A DNA stretch of 57,529 nt, taken from assembly GCA_963634795.1 (NCBI GenBank), contig CAVHDO010000002.1, positions 1 through 57,529 of the forward strand. Direction: 5' to 3'. Position 1 is the first letter of the stretch; the number at the start of each line of letters is the position of its first letter. Source of the stretch: Oscillospiraceae bacterium. GTDB taxonomy: Bacteria; Bacillota; Negativicutes; Veillonellales; Dialisteraceae. Both the position numbers and the translations under genes were made by a program. Below, piece after piece: positions 40,366 through 50,216 of this stretch. Under the pieces are notes generated by a model. The model was not told where the DNA came from, did no database searches, and worked only from the letters and a program-made list of their open reading frames with translations.

Positions 40366-41913
40366 ATGATCGACACCAATGACAGCGAATTCCTTAGCAG
40401 AATTGAAGACAAATCTTTGCTCTCCAAAGTCTGCGACGCGAAGACCGCGGCAGCGATGATCAAGGCGGGCGACATTATCGGCATCTCCGGCTTTACGCCG
40501 TGCGGATATCCGAAAATCACCATGCATGAACTCGCTGAAAGAATGAAAGCCAATCCGTTTAAGGTCGATGTTTGGACCGGCGCATCCACCGGCAGCCAGA
40601 TCGACAAGGAATTGGTTGAAGCAGGCGGCGTGCGTCTCCGTACCCCGTATCAGACCAATGCGGTGCTCCGCAAAGCCATCAACAGCGGTGATTTGGGTTA
40701 CTGCGATCTGCATCTGAGCCATTCTGCCCAGCAGTTCCGTGAAGGTTTCTTCTCCAATGCGGCAGGCGAACGCGTCACCGGTCCGGATTTTGCGGTTATC
40801 GAAGTCTGCAAAATCACCAAAGAAGGCGGCCTCGTTTTGACCACGGCGATTGGGAACAGCCCTGTTTTTATCAGCCAGGCGAAGAAAGTCATTATCGAAG
40901 TGAATACCACGCAGCCGGTCGCTCTCGAAGGCATGCATGATATTTATGAAATGCCGAATCCGCCGCATCGCAAGCCGATTCCGATTACGGCGGCGGGCGA
41001 CCGCATCGGCACGACTTATGTCCCGTGCGATCCGTCCAAGATTGTGGCCATTGTTCCGTGCGATCTGCCCGATGTCACCCGTGATTTGGCTCCGCTCGAT
41101 GACGACGCGACGAAGATGGGCGACAACTTGGTCGAATTCCTGACGAATGAAGTGAAACACGGCCGTCTGCCGGAAAATCTGCTTCCGCTTCAGTCCGGCG
41201 TGGGCAATGTGGCGAATGCCGTCATCAACGGCCTCGTTCGTTCCAGCTTCCGGAACCTTTCCGTATACACCGAAGTTATCCAGGACGGCATGTTTGACTT
41301 GATTGACGGCGGCAAGATCGATATGATCTCCGGTACGTCTCTCTCTCCGTCTCCGGCCGGCCTGCAGCGTTTCTATGATAATATCGATGAATATCGTAAG
41401 AAAATCATTCTTCGTCCGCAAGAAATTTCCAATAATGGCGAAGTTGTCCGTCGTATCGGCGTCATCGGCATGAATACCGCTTTGGAAATGGATATTTACG
41501 GGCATGTCAATTCCACGCATACCTCCGGCACCAAGATGATGAACGGGATCGGTGGCTCCGGCGACTTTGCGCGTAATGCGTTTCTGTCCTGCTTCTTCTG
41601 CCACAGTGTGGCGAAGGGCGGCGCGATTTCCGCTATCGTTCCGATGTGCACGCATATCGATCATACCGAACATGATACCCATGTCTTCATCTCTGAAAAC
41701 GGCGTGGCGGATGTTCGCGGCTTGACTCCGAAGGAAAGAGCGAAAGTCATCATCAATAATGTCGCTCATCCGTCTTATCGCGATCAGCTGTTGGATTACT
41801 TCAACGAAGCTTGTAAAGTTTGCGGCAATTCGCAGACCCCGCACATTCTCTCCAAAGCGTTTGCTTTCCATGAAAGCCTGGCAGAGAATGGCACCATGCT
41901 TTTCAAGAAATAA
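40366..41913 (+). CDS. Acetyl-CoA hydrolase/transferase-family enzyme, probable propionyl-CoA:succinate CoA-transferase
   Basis: ORF 40357..41913. ATG 40366 is better spaced from GGGAGG. Family signatures ..GISGFTPCGYPK.., SGVGNVANAV, NGIGGSGDFARNA. Operon context is with the methylmalonyl-CoA mutase genes. Confidence 0.88.
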   Translation: MIDTNDSEFLSRIEDKSLLSKVCDAKTAAAMIKAGDIIGISGFTPCGYPKITMHELAERMKANPFKVDVWTGASTGSQIDKELVEAGGVRLRTPYQTNAVLRKAINSGDLGYCDLHLSHSAQQFREGFFSNAAGERVTGPDFAVIEVCKITKEGGLVLTTAIGNSPVFISQAKKVIIEVNTTQPVALEGMHDIYEMPNPPHRKPIPITAAGDRIGTTYVPCDPSKIVAIVPCDLPDVTRDLAPLDDDATKMGDNLVEFLTNEVKHGRLPENLLPLQSGVGNVANAVINGLVRSSFRNLSVYTEVIQDGMFDLIDGGKIDMISGTSLSPSPAGLQRFYDNIDEYRKKIILRPQEISNNGEVVRRIGVIGMNTALEMDIYGHVNSTHTSGTKMMNGIGGSGDFARNAFLSCFFCHSVAKGGAISAIVPMCTHIDHTEHDTHVFISENGVADVRGLTPKERAKVIINNVAHPSYRDQLLDYFNEACKVCGNSQTPHILSKAFAFHESLAENGTMLFKK

Positions 41914-42151
41914 TAAAAACATCCCATCTTGAAAAGACACACTTGTTGATTGTCCGCTTCGGCGGTCATCATATACATAGCTCCCAAGGGTCTCCCGCGG
42001 CGCTTTGGCCTCGCGGGGCGCCCTTTCGGATCTATACTCGGGAACATTTCGGTTTCGGATACATTAGAAGACAGAAAATGCGCAATGTATTCACCGGAAA
42101 TCGGAAAGGTTTCCTTCACCATTTATTTTTCAATAGGAGGAAGATGAACCT

Positions 42152-43798
42152 ATGGCAAACGAATCCCTGAAAGCCAAACTCGCAGCGTATGAGGAAGCTT
42201 ATGCAAAAGCGTGCGCAAAGACTCCCGAAAGAGTCGGGCTGAAATTCAACAAACTGTACACCCCGCTTGATATCGAAGGTTTCGATTATGAAAAAGACCT
42301 AGGTTTCCCGGGTGAATATCCTTACACCCGCGGTGTACAGCCGACCATGTATCGCGGTCGTCTTTGGACCATGCGCATGTATGCAGGCTTTGCAACTGCC
42401 GAAGAATCCAACAAGCGTTATCGCTATTTGATTGAAAACGGCGGATCCGGCCTCTCCTGCGCCTTTGACCTTCCGACCCAGATCGGCTATGACTCCGACG
42501 ATTCCATCGCTCAGGGCGAAATCGGTAAAGTCGGCGTGGCCATCGACACCCTCAAGGATATGGAAATCCTGTTCGACCAGATCGATCTCGGTAAAGTTTC
42601 CACGTCCATGACCATCAACGCTCCGGCGTCCGTACTGCTCGCCATGTACATCGCCGTTGCGGAAAAGCAGGGCGTACCGGCTGATCAGCTCCGCGGCACG
42701 ATTCAGAATGATATTCTGAAAGAATACGCTGCTCGCGGCACCTACATTTTCCCGGTCAAACCGTCCATGCGTCTGATCACCAACATTTTTGAATACTGCT
42801 CCCAGAATGTACCGAAGTGGAACACGATTTCCATTTCCGGCTACCATATCCGTGAAGCAGGCTCCACGGCTGCACAGGAAATCGCATTCACGATTGCCGA
42901 CGGCATCGCTTACATCGAAGCAGCTTTGAAAGCGGGTCTTCATATCGATGACTTCGCAGGCCGCCTCTCCTTCTTCTGGAACGCTCACAACAACGTCCTC
43001 GAAGAAGTCGCGAAATTCCGTGCATCCCGTCGTCTGTGGGCTTCCATCCTGAAAGAACGTTTCGGCGCTCAGAAGGCGAAGTCCATGCAGCTTCGTGTTC
43101 ATACCCAGACTGCAGGCTCCATGCTGACCGCTCAGCAGCCGAACAACAACATTGTCCGCGTTGCTCTGCAGACTGCTGCCGCTGTCATGGGTGGCACCCA
43201 GTCCCTGCACACCAACTCCCGTGATGAAGCACTTGCTCTTCCGACCACGGAATCCGTCACCATTGCTCTGCGCACGCAGCAGATCGTGGCGTACGAATCC
43301 GGTCTGGCTGACGTAGTCGATCCGCTCGGCGGCTCCTACTATGTCGAAGCGATGACCAACGCGATCGAAAAAGAAGCTCGTGAATACATCGCGAAGATTG
43401 ATGAAATGGGTGGTGCCGTCGAAGCTATCGACAAGGGCTACATCCAGAAAGAAATCCAGGATTCTGCTTATGCTTGGCAGATGGCTGTTGAATCCGGCGA
43501 AAAAGTCATCGTCGGCGTCAACAAGTTCACCATGGAAGAACCGCCGGTCGAAGGTTTGCTTCGCATCGACGCTTCCGCGGGCGAATTCCAGAAGAGCAAG
43601 CTCGCCAAAGTCAAAGCGGAACGCGACAACGCAAAAGTTCAGGAAGAACTTGCGAAACTCAAAGTGGCAGCTGCCGATGAATCCGTCAACCTGATGCCGG
43701 TCATTCTCGACTGCGTACGTGCGTACTGCTCGCTGGGCGAAATCTGCGGCGTACTCCGTCAGGTCTTCGGCGAATACAAAGCAAAAGCACTTCTCTAA
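42152..43798 (+). CDS. Methylmalonyl-CoA mutase, large (substrate-binding TIM-barrel) subunit
   Basis: 548 aa. Sequence [53 protein letters not shown]. Confidence 0.95.
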   Translation: MANESLKAKLAAYEEAYAKACAKTPERVGLKFNKLYTPLDIEGFDYEKDLGFPGEYPYTRGVQPTMYRGRLWTMRMYAGFATAEESNKRYRYLIENGGSGLSCAFDLPTQIGYDSDDSIAQGEIGKVGVAIDTLKDMEILFDQIDLGKVSTSMTINAPASVLLAMYIAVAEKQGVPADQLRGTIQNDILKEYAARGTYIFPVKPSMRLITNIFEYCSQNVPKWNTISISGYHIREAGSTAAQEIAFTIADGIAYIEAALKAGLHIDDFAGRLSFFWNAHNNVLEEVAKFRASRRLWASILKERFGAQKAKSMQLRVHTQTAGSMLTAQQPNNNIVRVALQTAAAVMGGTQSLHTNSRDEALALPTTESVTIALRTQQIVAYESGLADVVDPLGGSYYVEAMTNAIEKEAREYIAKIDEMGGAVEAIDKGYIQKEIQDSAYAWQMAVESGEKVIVGVNKFTMEEPPVEGLLRIDASAGEFQKSKLAKVKAERDNAKVQEELAKLKVAAADESVNLMPVILDCVRAYCSLGEICGVLRQVFGEYKAKALL

Positions 43799-43826
43799 TA
43801 ATTGGACTTTCTGGAGGTAATCAACA

Positions 43827-44219
43827 ATGGCAGATAAAATGATCAGAGTACTCGTTGCAAAACCGGGCCTCGACGGCCATGACCGCGGCGCTAAAGTTGT
43901 CGCTCGCGCTCTCCGTGATGCCGGTATGGAAGTTATTTACACCGGTCTCCGTCAGACCCCGGATCAAATCGTAGAAGCAGCAGACGCCGAAGACGTCAAT
44001 GTCGTGGCTCTCTCCCTGCTCTCCGGTGCTCACAATACCCTTTTCCCGGAAATCGTAGAAAAGCTCAAAGCAAAAGGAATGGGCGATGTCCTCGTTATCG
44101 GCGGCGGCGTCATTCCGGCTGCAGATATTCCCGGCCTCGAAAAAGCCGGTGTCAAAGCCGTCTTCACTCCGGGAACTCCGACCAAGACCATCATCGATTT
44201 CATCAAAGAAAACGTCTAA
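43827..44219 (+). CDS. Methylmalonyl-CoA mutase, small cobalamin-binding subunit
   Basis: 130 aa. Sequence [20 protein letters not shown] (DxHxxG), SLLSGAH, and GGGVIP. Confidence 0.95.
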   Translation: MADKMIRVLVAKPGLDGHDRGAKVVARALRDAGMEVIYTGLRQTPDQIVEAADAEDVNVVALSLLSGAHNTLFPEIVEKLKAKGMGDVLVIGGGVIPAADIPGLEKAGVKAVFTPGTPTKTIIDFIKENV

Positions 44220-44319
44220 TCGAGAGATCAGTCGGTTAAATTAAGTCATTCAGTTGCGGCGGGGCTGCCGTGTGGTGGCCCCTTCCAACTTGACTACTCT
44301 TACGAAAGGTAAAAAAGTT

Positions 44320-45258
44320 ATGGAATTCTCTATGGAAGATTTCTGGAAAGGTTCCAGACGTGCCTTAGCAAGAGCGATAACCATCGTAGAAAACGAGCGG
44401 GATGGCTATGAAGAGATCATGAAAGAGATCTATCACCATACCGGTCGTGCACAGGTCATCGGTGTTACCGGTGCGCCTGGTGCGGGTAAGAGCACACTGT
44501 CAGACCAACTTGTGAAATTCTACCGGAAAATGGGCAAAACAGTCGGAGTTTGCGCGATTGACCCGACAAGTCCATTCAGCGGCGGCGCCATCTTGGGCGA
44601 CCGTATCCGTATGAATGATCTGACCTTGGATCAGGGTGTTTACATCCGCAGCATGGGTACGCGTGGCAGTCTGGGCGGTTTGTCCAGGAAAACAACGGAT
44701 GCTGTCAAACTGATGGACGCATGGGGAATCGATGTCATTTTCATCGAGACCGTAGGCGTCGGACAGTCTGAAGTAGATATAGTCAAGAATGCGGATACAA
44801 CACTGGTTGTGCTCGTACCCGGACTGGGCGACGACATTCAGGCCATCAAGGCGGGGATTTTGGAAATCGGTGATGTTTTCACCATCAACAAGTGCGACCG
44901 CGACGGATCCGACCGTCTCAATATCGAAATTGAGATGATGCTGGATTTGGGCGAAGCACAGGATTGGCGGCCTCCGATTGAAAGAACCATCGCCAGCGAG
45001 GGACAGGGCGTCGAAGACGTCGTGAATTCCCTGAATGAACATCGCAAATATCTTGAAGAATCCGGTCTGCTCGAAGAAAGACGCCGTGAACGCGTCAAGA
45101 CCGAGCTGGGCGAGATGATTCATGATCGCATCTCCCGTCGTGTGTTGGGTGAAATCACCCAGACGGGCAAATTCGCCGACTACGTGGAACAAGTCTATGA
45201 ACGGCAAACCGATCCGTACACAGTCGTTGATTCCATTGTAGGAGATATATTAAAATAA
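44320..45258 (+). CDS. meaB: Methylmalonyl-CoA mutase-associated GTPase MeaB/ArgK
   Basis: ORF 44254..45258, ATG 44320. Sequence GAPGAGKSTL, DPTSPFSGGAILGDR, ETVGVGQSE, NKCD. Confidence 0.92.
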   Translation: MEFSMEDFWKGSRRALARAITIVENERDGYEEIMKEIYHHTGRAQVIGVTGAPGAGKSTLSDQLVKFYRKMGKTVGVCAIDPTSPFSGGAILGDRIRMNDLTLDQGVYIRSMGTRGSLGGLSRKTTDAVKLMDAWGIDVIFIETVGVGQSEVDIVKNADTTLVVLVPGLGDDIQAIKAGILEIGDVFTINKCDRDGSDRLNIEIEMMLDLGEAQDWRPPIERTIASEGQGVEDVVNSLNEHRKYLEESGLLEERRRERVKTELGEMIHDRISRRVLGEITQTGKFADYVEQVYERQTDPYTVVDSIVGDILK

Positions 45259-45276
45259 TTCAAAGGAGGAATTATT

Positions 45277-45723
45277 ATGGCATTCAAAGTATTGTGTGTC
45301 GACCATGTAGGCGTAGCAGTTGCTGATCTGCAGGCTTCCAAGCAAATGGCTATGGAAGTCCTCGGCCTGAAACCGTTGATGGATGATGAAACTGTCGAAG
45401 AACAGCATGTCACCACCAGCTTCTTCAAACCGTCCGCACAGTCCGAAGCTTGCGAACTCGAATTCCTGGGATCCACCACGGAAGACGGCCCGATCGCCAA
45501 GTACATTGCGGGCAACGGCGGCAAAAACGGCTATCAGCATGTAGCTCTTCGCGTCGATGACATCGCGGCGGCTCTTGCCGATCTCGATGCGAAAGGCGTT
45601 CGCCTCATCGACAAGAAATGGCGCGTAGGCGCAGGCGGCTGCCACATTGCATTCTTGCATCCGAAAGCTACGACCGGCGTTTTGATCGAACTGACCGAAC
45701 GTCCCGGCGGTCCTTCCTTCTGA
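45277..45723 (+). CDS. mce: Methylmalonyl-CoA epimerase (VOC superfamily)
   Basis: 148 aa. RBS AAAGGAGG. Sequence VDHVGVAV.., GYQHVALRVDDI, IAFLHPK...GVLIEL. Confidence 0.9.
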   Translation: MAFKVLCVDHVGVAVADLQASKQMAMEVLGLKPLMDDETVEEQHVTTSFFKPSAQSEACELEFLGSTTEDGPIAKYIAGNGGKNGYQHVALRVDDIAAALADLDAKGVRLIDKKWRVGAGGCHIAFLHPKATTGVLIELTERPGGPSF

Positions 45724-45821
45724 TCTGAATAGAGAAATCTTTATAAATTCAGAAACGGAACGGCTCTGTCCGTATCTGTCAGAGCCCCCTTGTGAAGGGA
45801 AAGTATTTTGGAGGTGTAAGA

Positions 45822-47351
45822 ATGTTATCTGTTGCAGAAAGAATTGAACTCCTGCACAAAAACCTTGACCATGTCGAGGCAATGGGCGGAGAAAAAGGCG
45901 TGGAGAAGCAGCATAGCAAAGGCAAGCTGACCGCTCGCGAAAGACTTGCCAAGCTCTTTGACGAAGGCTCCTTTGTCGAAGTCGATGCGCTCGTCAAATC
46001 CCGCTGCCACAACTTCGGCCAGGAAAAGAAAGATCTCCCGGGCGAAGGCGTTGTCACCGGCTACGGCACTGTCGACGGCCGTCTCGTATTTGCATTCGCG
46101 CAGGACTTCACCGTCGAAGGCGGCTCCCTTGGCGAAATGCATGCGGCCAAGATTGTGCACGTACAGGAACTCGCTCTCAAAGTCGGCGCTCCTTGCGTAG
46201 GCTTGAACGATTCCGGCGGAGCTCGTATCCAGGAAGCTGTCGATGCTCTCTCCGGCTACGGCAAAATTTTCTGGAACAACACCGTTGCTTCCGGCGTCAT
46301 CCCGCAGATCTCCGCGATTATGGGACCGTCCGCAGGCGGCGCTGTGTACTCCCCGGCTCTGACCGACTTCATCTACATGGTGAAGGGCACCAGCCAGATG
46401 TTCCTCACCGGCCCGGCGGTTGTCGAATCCGTCACCGGCGAAAAGATCACCGCGGAAGCTCTGGGCGGCGCTGTGACGCACAACACCATTTCCGGTGTCG
46501 CGCAGTTCGCGGCAGAGAACGATGACGACTGCATCAGCCAGATTCGTTATCTCCTCTCCTTCCTCCCGAGCAACAACATGGAAGACGCTCCGATCGTGGA
46601 TACCACCGATTCCCCGACCCGTACGGAAGAATCCCTGAACACGATTATGCCGGAAAATGCGAACGCTCCGTATGATATGTACAAAGTCATCGCGGCAATC
46701 GTCGATAACGGTGAATACTATGATGTCGCCAAAGATTGGGCGAAAAACATCATCACCTGCTTCGCTCGCATGGACGGCCAGACCGTCGGCATCATTGCGA
46801 ACCAGCCTTCCTTTATGGCCGGCTGCCTCGACTACAATGCGTCCGACAAATCGTCCCGTTTCATTCGCTTCTGCGATGCGTTCAACATTCCGCTTTTGAA
46901 CATCGTCGACGTTCCCGGATTCCTTCCGGGCAAACAGCAGGAATATGCCGGCGTCATTCGTCACGGCGCGAAAATGCTGTTTGCATACTGCGAAGCGACC
47001 GTTCCGAAGGTCACGCTCATCATCCGCAAAGCATACGGCGGTTCCTACATCGCTATGTGCTCCCGCGAACAGGGCGCCGATCAGGTATTTGCTTGGCCGA
47101 CGGCTGAAATCGCCGTTATGGGCCCGGCCGGTGCCGCGAACATCATCTTCAAGAAAGATCCGGAGAAAGAGAAACGCACCGAAGAATACGTCGCAGAATT
47201 CGCGACTCCTTACAAAGCTGCAGAACGTGGCTATGTAGATGCAGTCATTGAACCGAAAGATTCCCGTCCGTACATCATCAATGCTTTGGCGATGCTCGCC
47301 AGCAAGAGAGAGCTTCATCCGGCGAAGAAACACGGAAATATTCCGCTGTAA
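45822..47351 (+). CDS. mmdA: Methylmalonyl-CoA decarboxylase alpha subunit / carboxyltransferase (12S-type)
   Basis: ORF 45792..47351. ATG 45822 follows GGAGG. Sequence QHSKGKLTARERL, DFTVEGGSLGE, GPSAGGAVYSPA, PKVTLIIRKAYGGSYIAM. Confidence 0.95.
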   Translation: MLSVAERIELLHKNLDHVEAMGGEKGVEKQHSKGKLTARERLAKLFDEGSFVEVDALVKSRCHNFGQEKKDLPGEGVVTGYGTVDGRLVFAFAQDFTVEGGSLGEMHAAKIVHVQELALKVGAPCVGLNDSGGARIQEAVDALSGYGKIFWNNTVASGVIPQISAIMGPSAGGAVYSPALTDFIYMVKGTSQMFLTGPAVVESVTGEKITAEALGGAVTHNTISGVAQFAAENDDDCISQIRYLLSFLPSNNMEDAPIVDTTDSPTRTEESLNTIMPENANAPYDMYKVIAAIVDNGEYYDVAKDWAKNIITCFARMDGQTVGIIANQPSFMAGCLDYNASDKSSRFIRFCDAFNIPLLNIVDVPGFLPGKQQEYAGVIRHGAKMLFAYCEATVPKVTLIIRKAYGGSYIAMCSREQGADQVFAWPTAEIAVMGPAGAANIIFKKDPEKEKRTEEYVAEFATPYKAAERGYVDAVIEPKDSRPYIINALAMLASKRELHPAKKHGNIPL

Positions 47352-47394
47352 TAGGTAGCCGTTTGAAATATAATCAAAGAAAGGATGGGGACAA

Positions 47395-47694
47395 ATGGAC
47401 ATGTCTATTGCCATTAGCGGCGCAGCTGCCGTACTGTCATTGATTTGCCTCGTGATGCTCAATGGTATCAACAGCAAACTCAATGCAGGGGCGGCCAAAC
47501 CGGCTGCCAAAGCAGCAGCGGCTCCCGCACCGGTTGCCAAAGCGGCACCGGCTGCCGACAATGGCGCTGTCGTAGCAGCTATCGCAGCAGCCCTCGTTTG
47601 TATGGGCGGCGGCGAAGTGGCTTCCATTCGTCTGGCACAGAAAAACGTCGGATGGACCGCAGCGGCACACATTGCCGGTGTAGAGCAGTTTTGA
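47395..47694 (+). CDS. mmdD: OadG-like small membrane subunit (decarboxylase delta/gamma-type anchor)
   Basis: 99 aa. A single N-terminal TM segment, an Ala/Pro-rich linker, and an AAIAAAL.. C-region. Positioned between the carboxyltransferase and biotin-carrier genes. Confidence 0.75.
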   Translation: MDMSIAISGAAAVLSLICLVMLNGINSKLNAGAAKPAAKAAAAPAPVAKAAPAADNGAVVAAIAAALVCMGGGEVASIRLAQKNVGWTAAAHIAGVEQF

Positions 47695-47728
47695 TTGATT
47701 CTGAATCATTATTAAGGAGAGAAAGACA

Positions 47729-48145
47729 ATGAGAAAACTCACAGTAACCGTAAACGGTGTAGCTTACAATGTTGAAATCAATGATGGTTGCGCTTGCGCA
47801 GCGGCTCCGGCGGCAGCTCCGGCTCCGGCGGCAGCTCCCGCATCGGCAGCAGCTCCGGCTCCGGCCGCGGCTCCGGCTCCGGCGGCTGAACCGGCTCCGG
47901 CAGCAGCAGCTCCGGCAGCAGTAGCAGCAGGTGAAACCTCCGTTGATTCCCCGATGCCGGGCAAGATCACCTCCATCGCGAAGAAAGTCGGCGACGCCGT
48001 CAGCGAAGGTGATGAAGTCATGGTTCTCGAAGCAATGAAGATGGGCAACCCGATCATGGCTCCGTGCTCCGGCACCATTAAGTCCATTGCCGTACAGGTC
48101 GGCCTGTCCGTCCAGGGCGGCGATCAGCTGTTCGTTATCGGCTAA
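47729..48145 (+). CDS. mmdC: Biotin carboxyl carrier subunit
   Basis: 138 aa. Ala/Pro linker, then a biotinyl domain with VLEAMKMGNPI (biotinyl-Lys in the AMKM motif). Confidence 0.92.
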   Translation: MRKLTVTVNGVAYNVEINDGCACAAAPAAAPAPAAAPASAAAPAPAAAPAPAAEPAPAAAAPAAVAAGETSVDSPMPGKITSIAKKVGDAVSEGDEVMVLEAMKMGNPIMAPCSGTIKSIAVQVGLSVQGGDQLFVIG

Positions 48146-48162
48146 TCGGAAACCAAAATCAG

Positions 48163-48190
48163 AAAAGCAGCGCTTCGGCGCTGTTTTTTT
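48163..48190 (+). terminator. Rho-independent terminator at the end of the propionate operon
   Basis: gcagcgc ttcg gcgctgt followed by T7. Confidence 0.85.
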
Positions 48191-48318
48191 GTGGGCAAGA
48201 TCGCAGATGAAACAGGTTTTGACAAAATTTTGACAGAGGGCGAAAGAGCATTGAAAGATGAAATATCTCAATCCCTATATTGTCAAATTTTTTCGTGTTC
48301 GTCATTTTTTTGGAGGTA

Positions 48319-48477
48319 AGGAAGCGCTGATTCAATCGTTATCTGATTTTGTGAAGCATAATGATGTAAGGCAAGGGAAAAGGTGACGCGAATAGTGAAC
48401 TATTTAAGGAATTTGCAGGCGCACGCATTGCATAATTATGCTGCAAAATAAGATTCTTTGATTGAATCAGTGGTTCC
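48319..48477. mobile_element. MITE-like element, copy B (inverted relative to copy A, slightly degenerate right end)
   Basis: aggaagcgctgattcaatcg ... tgattgaatcagtggttcc. The interior aligns with the reverse complement of 38461..38621. Confidence 0.75.
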
Positions 48478-48644
48478 GTAATGATTATAGGGGAATGATT
48501 GACGATATGTATGAAATCAGTCATTTACAGTTTGATTTTTTTGCCGGAGACAGCCGGATTAAGAAAGAAGTGGGAAACAAAAAGAGGACGCCACATATTT
48601 CGGTGGAATCCTCTTTTGATTTGGGAATTGTTATGGAGCGACGT

Positions 48645-50204
48645 TTAGTATAGCATCAAATCGCTGAATTGATAGGAGAAATCTGCTTCTTTTTCTTGCA
48701 CCGGGGATGCGTCGAAGGAGAGAATGACGGGATCTTGAAGCGGTGGGATGGAAATCAGGTATTGATGCTGCTTGTTGTCGATTTTCTTTTTGTCGGGAGA
48801 GAATTTGGAAAGGATGGTTCCGTCTTCTTTAAGAATCGTAACGATCGGCACACCGCTTCCTTGTATCCGCTTCCCGTTGAAAACAAGGTAGCGATAGCCG
48901 GTCATGTCTTTGATTTTGACTCTGAGGCCGGCGAAAGAAATTTTGTCTGCGTTTTCGATTGGATTTTCTTTGCTTGAACAGTGTAGGATGGGGCGTCCCG
49001 CGGCGTCGTCCGAAATATTTGCATTTGAGATTTCGATGATGGTATCCGGCAACGCGAGCAAATCCATGGGGATAGCTCCCGTAATTTCTTGGTTCAGCAG
49101 TGCGCCGGCGTAGTCATCGCATTCGTAGTCTTCCTGCTTGGCAAGGGACGCATAATCGAATGTCGTGTAAAATTTTTCTTTCTGAGATAGGTAGTCTTGG
49201 TAATTGTCTTTCGTTAAAAGATATTTTCCGTTGTGCATGGCTTGTAACATGAAACTGTTAACCCATTCTCCGTAATGATGTGTATCTTTGTAATAGTTTA
49301 GATTTGCGGTGATGTCCGTCCGATTATCAAAGGAGAAAAGGCGAATGTTTGGATGCTCCAAAATGAGCTCGATGACATATTTTTCGGCTTCCATCTGGCG
49401 GTGGAGCGTGCCGTTATTTTTTGTGTCTAACCACCAAGCGATACTGTGTGGAGCGAAGAAATAGTAAAATGTCGTCTCCGGATGTTGAGCGGCTAGTGAG
49501 GTTACATTTTGTGTGATATTGTCGTGGATGGTCTTTTTTTCTTGTTCTGTTAAAAGTTTGCTGTTTTTCGGGTTGGATAATTCGACGCCCTTTGGTAAGA
49601 CGGTTTTGACTCCGAACTTAACTTTTTCTTGCCATTTTGAATAGGTATCGAAGGAAGTCATACCCGGTTTAAAATTCTTTTTTCTAGAATCCCTAATCAT
49701 TTTGTATATTCTGGAAAAAACGTCTTTGTTAAATAGATAATATACGTCGTTGAAAGGATTGTTATCATATAGATAGGTTGGATATGCTCCTAAATCCAGC
49801 CGCATTTGATCTTTATTGCTAAAAAATTTATAAGGTTCTAGTGCTCTTATAATTACTTTTAAATTCGGTTGATGCTGAAAAGCGACAATCAGATTGTCAT
49901 TGATTTCTTTAAAACTACCGCCTGAATAAGGCACTTTGATGGATTTTACGTCAAAAGTTTCGTCCAGTTCCGAAGTTTTAAAATGCTCGGTCATGGATGT
50001 CCCTGTGATGACAGCATTATAATCAAAATGCTTCGTGATGCCGTCGTTTTGACTTCTTTGATTATTCAAAATGTAAAAATATTTTTCCGTATTCGGTTTG
50101 TGATAATGCATATACGGATCAATGGTATAGACAGTCCAAGCGAGTCCGCTCAGCGCCGTTCCGACGAAAAGAAACCATCCGGTCAACCAATATTTTGCTT
50201 TCAT
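48645..50204 (-). CDS. Membrane-anchored hypothetical protein, probable extracytoplasmic partner of the adjacent MBOAT (DltD/AlgX-like role inferred)
   Basis: 519 aa. N-terminal TM segment (WLTGWFLFVGTALSGLAWTVY). The start lies 12 nt after the MBOAT stop. Possible Ser and Asp-x-x-His motifs (ITGTSMTEHF; YKDTHHYGEW). Extra ~170-aa C-terminal domain. AT-rich coding sequence. Confidence 0.7.
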   Translation of the reverse strand: MKAKYWLTGWFLFVGTALSGLAWTVYTIDPYMHYHKPNTEKYFYILNNQRSQNDGITKHFDYNAVITGTSMTEHFKTSELDETFDVKSIKVPYSGGSFKEINDNLIVAFQHQPNLKVIIRALEPYKFFSNKDQMRLDLGAYPTYLYDNNPFNDVYYLFNKDVFSRIYKMIRDSRKKNFKPGMTSFDTYSKWQEKVKFGVKTVLPKGVELSNPKNSKLLTEQEKKTIHDNITQNVTSLAAQHPETTFYYFFAPHSIAWWLDTKNNGTLHRQMEAEKYVIELILEHPNIRLFSFDNRTDITANLNYYKDTHHYGEWVNSFMLQAMHNGKYLLTKDNYQDYLSQKEKFYTTFDYASLAKQEDYECDDYAGALLNQEITGAIPMDLLALPDTIIEISNANISDDAAGRPILHCSSKENPIENADKISFAGLRVKIKDMTGYRYLVFNGKRIQGSGVPIVTILKEDGTILSKFSPDKKKIDNKQHQYLISIPPLQDPVILSFDASPVQEKEADFSYQFSDLMLY

Positions 50205-50216
50205 TTCCTTCGTTTC

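Noticed and set aside
47800-47935. Repetitive GCTCCGGC(G/A)GCAGC DNA within mmdC (also within mmdD at 47470..47570).
   Set aside because: It is explained by the Ala/Pro-rich flexible linkers normal for biotin-carrier and OadG-like subunits. It is not an independent element.
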